A stretch of DNA of 64,000 nucleotides from an uncultured Gemmatimonadales bacterium. GTDB lineage: Bacteria > Gemmatimonadota > Gemmatimonadetes > Gemmatimonadales > GWC2-71-9. Both the position numbers and the translations under genes were made by a program. This document shows, in pieces, positions 53,532 to 63,990 of this stretch; the first letter of the stretch is position 1; the number at the start of each line of letters is the position of its first letter. The stretch is from contig CAVZZO010000001.1 in NCBI GenBank assembly GCA_963779755.1, positions 2,301,666 through 2,365,665 on the forward strand, in the 5' to 3' direction. Below the pieces are notes generated by a model. It was not told the origin of the DNA and did not search any database. It saw only the letters and a program-made list of their open reading frames with translations.

Positions 53532-54481
53532 GGCTGCGGCGGAGTGCGCTGCTGCTGCTCCTGCTGCTGCCGCAGCGGGGAGCGGCGCAGAGCTTCTCGG
53601 TGCAGGGAAGCCGGCTGCTCGGCACCCCGTCGTGGAGCAGCTATCGCTTCGGCGTGGGACGTCCCTTCCTGGGGCCGCTGGGCTACGAGTTGTACGGCAC
53701 CTGGATGGGCAACAGCCCGGGGGTACAGGCCGATCTCTGGGGGCCCGGAGTCGACCTCACATTGTTCCGCGGCGGCCGCCCGGGGCTCTTCCTGGCCGCC
53801 GGAATGGCCGCGGGCCTGGCGACCGGCGATGCCGGCCGCTACTGGAACAGCTGGTCGGCCGGCCTGGGGTTCGAGCTGCGGCCGCTGTCATTCATTTCCC
53901 TGGCCGCCGAGGGGCGCTGGCGCACTATCCACTTCGAGACCAGCCACAGCGGCCTGGAGCTGGGGCTGCGGTTCGGGCTGGAGCTGGGGCCTTCGCGCCT
54001 CGCGGGCCGCGGGCGCGGGCCGCCGGTCTCTCCCCCGCCGCCGCTACCGGACGTGGTCGAGCGCTCCGGGCTGCCGGCCGACCGGGTGTCGGTCATCGAG
54101 CCGGTGCTGCAGACCGCGATGGAAGCGATGGGCACGCCCTACAAGTGGGGCGGAACCGGGGGGGCCGACGGCGGGTTCGACTGCTCCGGCCTGATCCAGT
54201 ACGCCTACGGCGAGCACGGGATCGCGCTCCCCCGGCGCAGCGTGGACCAGGCCCGCGAGGGGGAGGCGGTGCCGCGCAGCACCGACGCCCTGCTCCCGGG
54301 CGATATCCTGACCTTCTCCAGCAGCGGCGGCCCCGTCACCCACGTCGGCCTCTACCTGGGTGAGGGGCGTTTCATCCACAGTGCCAACGACGGCGTGCAG
54401 ATCAGCCGCCTCGCGGCGGACGACGCCTACGGCAAGTGGTGGTACGAACGCTGGGTTGGGGCGCGGCGGGTGGTGCGGTAG
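53528..54481 (+). CDS. NlpC/P60 (C40) peptidase with N-terminal beta-barrel-like domain
   Basis: Signal ending AAQ, ~8 amphipathic strands, Pro-rich linker, GTPYKWGG..FDCSGL, PGDILTF, HVGLYLG..FIHS. Confidence 0.88.
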   Translation: MRLRRSALLLLLLLPQRGAAQSFSVQGSRLLGTPSWSSYRFGVGRPFLGPLGYELYGTWMGNSPGVQADLWGPGVDLTLFRGGRPGLFLAAGMAAGLATGDAGRYWNSWSAGLGFELRPLSFISLAAEGRWRTIHFETSHSGLELGLRFGLELGPSRLAGRGRGPPVSPPPPLPDVVERSGLPADRVSVIEPVLQTAMEAMGTPYKWGGTGGADGGFDCSGLIQYAYGEHGIALPRRSVDQAREGEAVPRSTDALLPGDILTFSSSGGPVTHVGLYLGEGRFIHSANDGVQISRLAADDAYGKWWYERWVGARRVVR

Positions 54482-54540
54482 CGGCGCGATAGCGGCGAGG
54501 CATGCCTCGCCGCTACTTCGCCGCTACCGCCGGTGTCGTC

Positions 54541-55620
54541 TCAGTTGTGCTTCATTCCCTCGTGCTGCATTCCCTCCATCCCTTCGTGATCCGGCGCGTG
54601 CCCCATCTCCTTGAGCGACGCCAGATCTTTCTGGAAGGTGGCATTGTCGGGATCGATCCTGGGCCACTGGGCCATCTCGTCGGGGGCGAAGAGGCCGACG
54701 ATGCTGGCCATGGCGCCGTTCTTCCGGAACTCGCCGCTGGTGTTGTCGTACACGCCGACCACCCGGTACTTGTGGCCGGCTTCCATCTTGAGGCCGCGGC
54801 CGCTGACGCCGAAGAGATGGCGGCTGATGCCCGAGACCATGCCCATGCTGTCGCGCCGGGCCTCGACCTTGGTGAGCAGCTTGCCGGTCTCGGCGTCTTC
54901 CAGCCGGACTTCCACGCCGTAATCGTGCAGGTGGCCCCCCACGCCCAGCAGCCGGCCGCTGATCGGCATGGTGAACTCGTACGCCTTGGTGCTCCGCCCG
55001 GGCGGCACGTCGAACGTGTTACTGCCGCCGATGGTCAGGTTCGCGTCGAAGTACACCGGCATGGCCGCCAGCGGCCGCGGGTTCAGGTTGGCCGGCGAGT
55101 AGAGCATGGTGATGGAGAAGGACACGCCGTCCAGGTCCTTGCCCGTGTCGTTATGCCAGGCGACGTAGACCCCCAGATCGGTACCGGGCGAGAGCGGCAC
55201 GCCGATGCTCTTCGGCACCGACGCATCGTCGGTTTCGGTGCCGGCCCCCATCAGCCGTTCCGCCGCCTGGTAGATCAGCTGGCGCCGGTCGAAGTTGACC
55301 ATGATGATGTGGTGCATCAGCCGGTGAGGCAGGGGCTTTCCGTTCTTGTCCCAGACGGCGAGCTTGAAGCCGCGGAACCAGCCCTGGACCGGCCAGTCGA
55401 AATGGAACACCGGCGTATCGTGTGCCGCCCCCATGTCCATCATGCCGTGATCCATCGGCGGCATGTTCTTGAGGTCGAACGGCCCCGCCTTGAAGGTGAC
55501 AGTATGCGCGGACGAATCGACCGTGACACCGGTAACGACCTTGTCGTACTTCGACTGCGCCGCGGCGGCCGTCACGCCCGCGGCAAGCAGCAGACCCGTC
55601 AAAGACCACAGCTTCAGCAT
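54541..55620 (-). CDS. Secreted His/Met-rich protein, putative copper type II (PHM-like) monooxygenase fold
   Basis: Signal peptide, LMHHIIM, GGHLHDYG, late GAM, His/Met-rich loop and tail. Confidence 0.6.
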   Translation of the reverse strand: MLKLWSLTGLLLAAGVTAAAAQSKYDKVVTGVTVDSSAHTVTFKAGPFDLKNMPPMDHGMMDMGAAHDTPVFHFDWPVQGWFRGFKLAVWDKNGKPLPHRLMHHIIMVNFDRRQLIYQAAERLMGAGTETDDASVPKSIGVPLSPGTDLGVYVAWHNDTGKDLDGVSFSITMLYSPANLNPRPLAAMPVYFDANLTIGGSNTFDVPPGRSTKAYEFTMPISGRLLGVGGHLHDYGVEVRLEDAETGKLLTKVEARRDSMGMVSGISRHLFGVSGRGLKMEAGHKYRVVGVYDNTSGEFRKNGAMASIVGLFAPDEMAQWPRIDPDNATFQKDLASLKEMGHAPDHEGMEGMQHEGMKHN

Positions 55621-55891
55621 CGTAACTCCAGCATTGGGGTTATCCAGGAATAGCGTAATCCGGAGCCTGCGCGGATGACGCGGACCGGGTACCGCAACCG
55701 GTCCGTTCTCCCACTATCGCTTCCGGTTTCGATTCGTTTATGATCAACCGCCCGATGACCAGGCACCGGTCGTCGCTGGATGGCCCCTGAACTGCCGGGA
55801 GACCAATCTGCGTAATCTGCCGATCCTCTACCTGCCCCATCTGCGGATCCATATCCGACCGGCCGGCTTGCACTTACCGCCTGATTCCCCG

Positions 55892-56758
55892 GTGGGCGGG
55901 AACATCTGCGGGCGGCGCGTCCATGTCAAGCCGAGAGCGGGCTGCGTTCTCCTCGCGCTGGGGCTCCTCGGCGCCGCGGCGCCGCTGCAGGCGCAACAGA
56001 GCCGCCTCTTTCCCGACGTCCCGTCATTCGAGCTGCCGCTCGCGTCGTCCCGGGTGAACGGGTTCGTGGGCCGGCTTCTCAGCGTCTCGCGGGGCGACAG
56101 CCGCTACGGAGCCGGCCGGGAGGCCGAGGCCGGCGTGGGGGAGGAGTTCCCGGTGATCGCGCTGCGGCGCGGCCCGAGGCCGGTGAGCCTGGGCTTCGGG
56201 GTGGAAGCCTACGGCCGTTTCGACCTGAGCGACCCCAAGAGCGCCCTGGTCAGCAACGACTGGGTGGTCGGGCTGGATCTCAATGCCCGGCTCACCCCCT
56301 GGGAGCTCACCCTCCGGGCCTATCACGAAAGCAGCCATCTGGGCGACGAGTACGCCGAGACCTTCAACCTGACCAGGATCGACTGGACCCGGGAGATCCT
56401 GGAAGGCTGGCTCGCCCGGCGGTTCGGACCGTTCCGGCTGGCCGGGGCGCTGAGCTATGTCCCCATTCACGAGCTGCCAGTCTCGCCCTGGGGCGCGTCG
56501 GCCGGCCTGGACTACCTGGGACCGGGATGGAAGCTGGGCAGCCAGCGTATCCGCCCGGTGGCGGGCCTGTTCACCGAGGCCTGGTCCGAGACCAACTGGA
56601 AACTCAGCTCCTCGGCCAAGCTGGGACTGGGGTTCCCCGGCGGGCGGGGCCGGGAACTGCGGATATCGCTGATCGCCCACGACGGCCTCTCCACCCAGCG
56701 GCAGTTCTTCCGGGAGCGGAGCCGCTATGTGGGGGTGGAGCTTGAGTTCCAGCTCTAG
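55892..56758 (+). CDS. DUF1207-like outer-membrane protein (start uncertain)
   Basis: Signal ending LQA-Q, YHESSHLGDE motif, amphipathic strands, terminal VELEFQL. Confidence 0.7.
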   Translation: MGGNICGRRVHVKPRAGCVLLALGLLGAAAPLQAQQSRLFPDVPSFELPLASSRVNGFVGRLLSVSRGDSRYGAGREAEAGVGEEFPVIALRRGPRPVSLGFGVEAYGRFDLSDPKSALVSNDWVVGLDLNARLTPWELTLRAYHESSHLGDEYAETFNLTRIDWTREILEGWLARRFGPFRLAGALSYVPIHELPVSPWGASAGLDYLGPGWKLGSQRIRPVAGLFTEAWSETNWKLSSSAKLGLGFPGGRGRELRISLIAHDGLSTQRQFFRERSRYVGVELEFQL

Positions 56759-56935
56759 AACCAGGAGGCAGGGGGTGGGGATTCAGGGTGCCTTCCCTCG
56801 CCCTTCTCCCTGGCCGCTAAGGCCCTGGTCTGGATGCCCGTCGGCGGCTGGACGGGCTGGGCTCTGACTCTCCGACTTCTGACTCCTGTCTTTTCCTCTG
56901 CCATTCTGGCGCATTTTTCTGGCCCCTCGCTTGCT

Positions 56936-56962
56936 CTGGCACTCGGCGCCGGTGAGTGCTTG
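56936..56962 (+). promoter_or_regulatory. CIRCE element 1 (HrcA operator)
   Basis: CTGGCACTC-N9-GAGTGCTTG, overlapping TTGACA at 56960. Confidence 0.85.
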
Positions 56963-56987
56963 ACAGGCGTCGCAAGTGTCTTAGTTT
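56960..56987 (+). promoter_or_regulatory. groESL promoter
   Basis: TTGACA-16 bp-TAGTTT between the two CIRCE sites. Confidence 0.65.
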
Positions 56988-56995
56988 CCCGGTAG

Positions 56996-57022
56996 TTGGC
57001 AGTCACGGGCAGTGAGTGCCAA
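56996..57022 (+). promoter_or_regulatory. CIRCE element 2 (HrcA operator)
   Basis: TTGGCAGTC-N9-GAGTGCCAA. Confidence 0.88.
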
Positions 57023-57074
57023 GTTCCAATTTCCATTTACAGTTTCGGACTTTTCAACGGGGTCGGAGGAACGC

Positions 57075-57389
57075 ATGCCCAGTGGAACCAAGGCCAGGCC
57101 CAAGATCAAGATCCAGCCGCTCGAGGATCGCGTCGTGATCCTGCCGGCCGACGAGACGGAGCAGATGCGGGGTGGGCTCTACATCCCGGACACGGCAAAG
57201 GAAAAGCCCACCCAGGGCGAGGTGATCGCCGTGGGCCCGGGCCGGATCGAGAAGGGTGAGCGCATCAAGATGGAAGTCGCGGTGGGTGACACCGTGATCT
57301 ACGGCAAGTACAGCGGCACGCCCTACACGGTGGACGGCGACGAGCTGATCATCATCAAGGCGTCCGACATTCTGGCGAAGATGGGATAA
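57075..57389 (+). CDS. groES: Co-chaperonin GroES
   Basis: IQPLEDRVVI, GGLYIPDTAKEKP..GEVIAVGPG, KYSG; GGAGG SD. Confidence 0.97.
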   Translation: MPSGTKARPKIKIQPLEDRVVILPADETEQMRGGLYIPDTAKEKPTQGEVIAVGPGRIEKGERIKMEVAVGDTVIYGKYSGTPYTVDGDELIIIKASDILAKMG

Positions 57390-59054
<1,665 letters not shown>

Positions 59055-59061
59055 GACCGGC

Positions 59062-59101
59062 TGAACTTACGGCCCACCGCAGTTGGTGGGCCGTAAGTTC
59101 A
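59062..59101 (+). terminator. Long hairpin after groEL (likely terminator or stabiliser)
   Basis: TGAACTTACGGCCCACC-GCAGTT-GGTGGGCCGTAAGTTCA, 17-bp perfect stem. Confidence 0.65.
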
Positions 59102-59408
59102 TTGCCGGTCCAGTATCCCGAGCGCACAGCGCGAGGGAGCTGCCCTTGAGGACTCCTACGGCCCACCGCAGTTGGTGGGCCGTAAGTTCATTGCCGGTCC
59201 AGTATCCCGAGCGCACAGCGCGAGGGAGCTGCCCTTGAGGACTCCTACGGCCCACCGCACCTGGTGGGCCGTAAGTTCATTGCCGGTCCAGTATCCCGAG
59301 CGCACAGCGCGAGGGAGCTGCCCTTGAGGACTCCTACGGCCCACCGCACCTGGTGGGCCGTAAGTTCATTGCCGGTCCAGTATCCCGAGCGCGCAGCGCG
59401 AGGGATCT
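59068..59408. repeat. 89-bp tandem repeat, about 3.8 copies
   Basis: Units start at 59068, 59157, 59246, 59335; near-identical. Confidence 0.95.
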
Positions 59409-59419
59409 GCGTCACCCCG

Positions 59420-59460
59420 GCCCCTCTCCACTTGGTGGAGAGGGGCTTACTTTTCCCTTT
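59420..59460 (+). terminator. GC hairpin with T-rich tail
   Basis: GCCCCTCTCCA-CTTGG-TGGAGAGGGGC then TTACTTTTCCCTTT. Confidence 0.65.
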
Positions 59461-59489
59461 TCCCTGTTTCCGTTTCCCCGGAGTTCGCT

Positions 59490-59876
59490 GTGCGCCGTCT
59501 TATAACCGCCGTGTCTCTCACTGCCGTCGTTCTCGGCCTGGCCGCTTCCCCGGCGGCGGCGCAGCATTCCGCCGCCATCCTCGGCACCTGGAAGTTCGAC
59601 CTGAAACAGGGGAAGAAGGAGGGGCCCCGCACCATCATCGTCCGCTCCGACAGCAGCGCCAGCTACGGCGACGAGACGGTCCGCTGGCGTTTCAAGGGCG
59701 ACAGCATCGCCATTCTCCTGGGCGGGGAGTGGACCGTCTACGGGCTGGCCATGAAGGGCCGGAACTCTATGGTGCTCTCCGGCGGCGACCTGGTCGATCC
59801 GATCGAGTTCAGGAAGGTGGGCCCCCCGACCCCCCGGCCCGACAGCATTCCGGTGCCGGCCGATCCGGGCGGCTGA
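59490..59876 (+). CDS. Small secreted beta-rich protein
   Basis: Signal MRRLITAV..PAAAQ, ILGTW strand motif, host-like codon use, GGAG SD. Confidence 0.75.
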   Translation: MRRLITAVSLTAVVLGLAASPAAAQHSAAILGTWKFDLKQGKKEGPRTIIVRSDSSASYGDETVRWRFKGDSIAILLGGEWTVYGLAMKGRNSMVLSGGDLVDPIEFRKVGPPTPRPDSIPVPADPGG

Positions 59877-60191
59877 GCCCTCCTGCACCGGCCGGTCCCC
59901 CCTGGCGCCCGGGACAGGATCTGGCGCTTCAGCCCCATCGCATATTCCGGCAGCAGGCTGCGCATGGACGGCGCAGCTCCAATCTCACCTCCTCCTGAGA
60001 CTCAATGGCTGTGGCCGGCTGGCCCACCGAGCCGGGGGGAGCCTCCATGCACTGACACCGTCCGTTCCGGGGCTCCGTCGCCTCAATTGCATCCGGCATC
60101 CCCGATTCTGGGGCCGCCGCCGCATACCTTGGAACGCGCGGGGCCCGGGACTCTGGCCGGCTGAGGAGCCGGATCGCCAGAGGGCGGCATA

Positions 60192-60218
60192 TGAACCTTT
60201 CCGCCCCAGGACCGACTC
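60192..60218 (+). promoter_or_regulatory. Possible ECF-type autoregulatory promoter
   Basis: TGAACC-16 bp-GACTC upstream of the ECF sigma gene. Confidence 0.35.
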
Positions 60219-60254
60219 CACGGGTGAAACCATACTGCCAGCAACGGAGCGTGC

Positions 60255-60818
60255 ATGGAGGAAGGAGACGGCATCCAACCGGAGGGGCCCGGCGACGAAC
60301 TGCTCGCGATCCGCTGCCAGCTGGGTGAGCCGGCCGCGTTCGATGGGCTGGTGGAGCGCTGGCATCCGCCGCTGCTCCGCTACCTCGAGCGCATGACCAG
60401 CGGGGATGAGGCGGCGGATCTGGCCCAGGAGGTGTGGCTCCGGGTGCTTCGGGCCATGCCGCGCCTGCGGGAACCGGCTCGGCTTCGTTCCTGGCTGTTC
60501 GCCATTGCCCGCCGGACGCTCATGGACCATCTGCGGCTTCGCTATGCCGCGCCGGCCGGCGAAGCGATGGATCTCGAAGCGCTGGCGGAACCGGCCGCGC
60601 CCGACAATCAAACGGAAGAGCTTGCCGCGATGCACGGGGAGCTTGCCGCCATGCCGGCGATCGAGCGGGAAGTGCTGGTGCTCTTCTACCTGCGTGAGCT
60701 CTCGCTGGATCAGCTCTCCTGCGTCCTGGACGTTCCGGTCGGAACGGTCAAGTCCCGGCTTCATCGCGCCCGGCGGATGCTGCGCCGGCAGCTTACCGAC
60801 AAGGGGATCCAGCCATGA
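60255..60818 (+). CDS. ECF RNA polymerase sigma factor
   Basis: AADLAQEVW, SWLFAIAR, REVLVLFYL.ELS, VPVGTVKSRLHRAR. Confidence 0.95.
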   Translation: MEEGDGIQPEGPGDELLAIRCQLGEPAAFDGLVERWHPPLLRYLERMTSGDEAADLAQEVWLRVLRAMPRLREPARLRSWLFAIARRTLMDHLRLRYAAPAGEAMDLEALAEPAAPDNQTEELAAMHGELAAMPAIEREVLVLFYLRELSLDQLSCVLDVPVGTVKSRLHRARRMLRRQLTDKGIQP

Positions 60819-61309
60819 GTGAACGACCGACCGTGGACGAGGTCCGCCGGGGCCTGGCGAGACAGCTCGCACTTCCAGCCCGGATCAGCTACGTCGCGCT
60901 GCTGCTGGTTTCGCTGGCCGCTACCGGGGTGGTGGGGTCCCTGCTGCTCACCGAGCCGGCCCTGCCGCTCCGCATCCGCGCGGCGTTCGGCGGCATGGTA
61001 TTGATCGGTCTCGCCTGGGCCGCCTTCGCCGGCTGGGTGCTCACACGCCGGCACGTGCTGTATGCAAAGCACCGGATCGTGGCCGGCCGGATGGCCGTCG
61101 GCTTTGCCGCCATATTCACGATCGGCACCCTGGCCATCGGCACCGCGCGCGGCATGAACGGGCCGTGGTACGGCGCGCTGGCAGTCGGCCTGCTGATGCT
61201 GGTGCTCGCCGCCGTCCAGTTGCTGCGTGCGCGGCGGCGCTACGCCGAGCTCTCGGCGCGGCGGCGCGAGCTGGAGCGGCAGATCGGAAGCCGGGGAGGG
61301 GAGGTATGA
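60815..61309 (+). CDS. Four-TM membrane protein, candidate anti-sigma factor
   Basis: Four hydrophobic helices and basic coiled tail; ATGA coupling to the sigma gene. Confidence 0.75.
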   Translation: MSERPTVDEVRRGLARQLALPARISYVALLLVSLAATGVVGSLLLTEPALPLRIRAAFGGMVLIGLAWAAFAGWVLTRRHVLYAKHRIVAGRMAVGFAAIFTIGTLAIGTARGMNGPWYGALAVGLLMLVLAAVQLLRARRRYAELSARRRELERQIGSRGGEV

Positions 61310-62668
61310 GTAACCGGCCGCAAGCGTTGCTGCTGCTGGCACTCCTGGCCCCCCCAGGCGTCGGGCGCGCAGCAGCCACCATCTCCGGCGGCCCCGGAGC
61401 CTCAGGCCGCCACCTTCCAGGTACGCGACACCGCGGTCGCGGTCGAGATAGGGCATCTGACGGTCCCGGCAAACCGGCAGTCGAACTCAGGGGCGGAACT
61501 GCGACTGGCGTTCGTGCGATTCCCGTCTACGGCGGCCGAGCCAGGGCCACCGATCGTGTTTCTTGCCGGCGGACCGGGCGATGCGGCCACTCGCGCCTTC
61601 CGCGGGATGCCGGTGAGCTACCTCAACCAGCTGCGGGCGGTCGCCGATGTCATTGCCTTCGACCAGCGCGGGACCGGGCTCTCGGAGCCCCACGACGTAA
61701 CCTGCCGGCCCGAGCCGCCCCAGCCCCGGGACCAACCCGGGAACCCGGCCCAACTGCTGGAGGCGACGCGGCAGGCGTTGCGGGCCTGCCTGGTGGAGAA
61801 GGCGGGGCAGGGGGTGGACGTCATGGGGCTCACCACCGCGGAAAGCGCGGACGACGTGGCGGCACTGGCCCGGGTACTGGGAGCGCCCCGGCTGTCGCTG
61901 CTGGCCGGCAGTTACGGGACTCACCTTGCCCTGGCCACCGCGCGCCGCCATCCCGGGCTGGTGGCTCGCATGGTGCTGGCGGGCGTCGAAGGGCCGGACG
62001 ACACCTTCAAATTACCGTCGCGGGTGGACAGCGTGCTGGCCACCATTGCCGCGGCGACCCGCCCCACTCTCGTTGCCGATCTGCGATTCATCGAGGCCCG
62101 CCTGGGGGCAGAGCCTGCCCGGTTCACCTTCCCGGGAAACAGAACCATTGTGCTGGGATCATGGGACCTGCGGCGGTGGGTCGCCGGCACACTCGATAGC
62201 CGGCGGGAGATCACGGCGATGCTCGAGGCCATTCCCGCCATGCTCACGGGTGACTATACCGCGCTGGCGCGGGGGGCCCTTCGCGAGCGGTTCCCGGCGC
62301 CGCTGAACCTGATGCATGTGGCGATGGACTGCGCGTCCTGGGCGTCGCCCGGCCGGCTGGCACGAATCCGCCGGGAGGCGCCCGAGTCGGTGCTGGGCGA
62401 TGCCATCAACTTTCCACTGACCGGGCTCTGCGACCTGCCGGGCCTGCCCCGCCTGCCGGACAGCTTCCGCGCCCCGCTGGAATCCGAGGTGCCGGCGTTG
62501 CTCGTCGCGGGGACTTTCGATGGCCGGACGCCGGTGGCGAACGCCCGGCAGGTGAGCCTCGGCATGCCGGCGGCAGAGCTCCTGATCGTCGAGGGGGCGT
62601 CGCATGGGCTGTTGGGTGAACCGGAAGTCATGGCCAGAGCGCTGGAGTTCCTGGCGAACAGGAACTGA
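61306..62668 (+). pseudogene. Secreted alpha/beta hydrolase (TAP/S33-like), out of frame at a C7 tract (61349-61355)
   Basis: Removing one C gives LAPQASGAQQ..HLTVPANR..FLAGGPG..FDQRGTG..AGSYG..FDGRTP..SHG with signal peptide and intact triad motifs. Confidence 0.8.
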
Positions 62669-63027
62669 GCCGCCGGGATTCAGCCCCGGGCAGGGACTGC
62701 CGGATTGCCTAACGACCCATGCTCTGAGGACTGATACCGTGCAGGCCGATACCCTGACTCCCGAAGCCGTCTCCTGACTCCTTCCATCCCACAGGCTGGG
62801 CATGGCCTCCGCCCGGGAGCCTGCCGGCAACGCCAACGGTGCCAGTGGTTCGTCCTGCCGAGCCACATGGAGCCGGCCACGGAAACCGGCCGCGGCCAGC
62901 CGTGGGGTCCCTGCGGTCCGGGCATGATCGGCGCAGTGGCAGCGCACCACCGGCAAAGCGAGTGCAGCAGACCCGGCAGCAGTTCGGCGGCGAATCCGGT
63001 TGGAGCTGTGCTGGCCGACCCGGGCGG

Positions 63028-63567
63028 GTGAATGACCCTCGCCTGTAAGGCGAGGGCTTCAAGAGGGGTCGATTGGAAATCGACTATCGTCGGCGATCTG
63101 CTCTCCTTGTTGTTCGTCGATGTAGGCTCGGATCATCTCTTCAGTCACCGTGCCGCTGCTGACGGCCAAGTACCCACGCGCCCAGAAATGGCGGCCCCAA
63201 AAATGCCGACGGATGCGAGGAAATTCTTGAAAGAGCACGCGCGAGCTAATGCCCTTAAACCATTGGGCTATTTGACTTACCCGTTGGGTCGGGCGGTACC
63301 CGACCAAGACGTGAACATGGTCGCGTGCCACCTTGCCCGACAGGATCTCGAGTTCATGCTCCATCGCGATTCGCCGGATCAGGTCGCGCACACGAATGGC
63401 CAAGTCCCCTGTCAGCACCGGCTTCCGATACCTCGGAACCCACACCAAGTGCACCGACAGGTCCGTCTTCGTGTGCGCTCCAATCCGATAGTTTCGCACA
63501 CGACCAAGTTACACGGACCTTCTCTTCGCCTAAAGGCGAGGGGTTCAAACCCTCCCCGAGGTGGAAA
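63028..63567 (-). mobile_element. IS200/IS605-family element carrying tnpA only
   Basis: Matching subterminal hairpins CCTCGCCTTTAGGCGAAG (left) and CCCTCGCCTTACAGGCGAGGG (right), right end TTCAC on the minus strand, no terminal IRs. Confidence 0.85.
63059..63499 (-). CDS. tnpA: IS200 Y1 HUH transposase
   Basis: HLVWVPRYRK, DHVH HUH motif, KGISSR, FWARGY, YIDEQ catalytic Tyr. Confidence 0.95.
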   Translation of the reverse strand: MRNYRIGAHTKTDLSVHLVWVPRYRKPVLTGDLAIRVRDLIRRIAMEHELEILSGKVARDHVHVLVGYRPTQRVSQIAQWFKGISSRVLFQEFPRIRRHFWGRHFWARGYLAVSSGTVTEEMIRAYIDEQQGEQIADDSRFPIDPS

Positions 63568-63990
63568 CTGATGGCGAGGTGTCCGTCCGCGGCGAGGCGG
63601 CCGGCGATCTGTTCGGGGCTCCAGTCCTCGCGCACCAGGCGTTCCACCTCCGCCCAATCCGTGGCGGTGAACCGGGTGTTGCGGCGCGAGTGGCTCCGCC
63701 GGCCCCGCGCGTACCAGTCGGCGAGCTGGGGGCGGTAGCCCCCGTCGTGGTGGGTGCGGTTGCGCCGGACCTCGCGGCCGATGGTGCTGCGGTGGCGACC
63801 GAGGAGGCGCGCGATGGCTGCCGCCGTCAGCCCCTGTCGGCGAAGCAGGCCGAGGGTGTACCGTTCAGCGGCGGTGATCTGGCGGTAGTTCATGGTCGGC
63901 TTCCTTGTCTTGGCGGACAGAGAAGTCTACTTGCTGTCAGATCACCGCTTTCGTCGCCTTCCGTTGTTGCACTTAGTATATGAATCCGCG
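63568..63990 (-). mobile_element. Truncated IS30-family element (left IR plus HTH region of transposase, ATG at 63893)
   Basis: MNYRQIT..ER, IAR.LGRHRSTIGREVRRN, WSPEQIAGRL..IS (HETIY missing); IR-like end CGCGGATTCATATACTAAGTGCAACA. Confidence 0.88.

Noticed and set aside
59068..59408. CRISPR array or repeated 62-aa peptide genes
   Set aside because: Units are identical end to end with no unique spacers; an 89-bp period breaks the reading frame.
59880..60180. Integron integrase remnant on the minus strand (MRSLLPEYAMGLKRQILSRA)
   Set aside because: Only vague resemblance; no tyrosine recombinase catalytic motifs visible.
62714..63027. tnpB or omega-RNA associated with the IS200 element
   Set aside because: The right-end hairpin directly follows tnpA; no RuvC or zinc-finger coding remnants are recognisable outside it.
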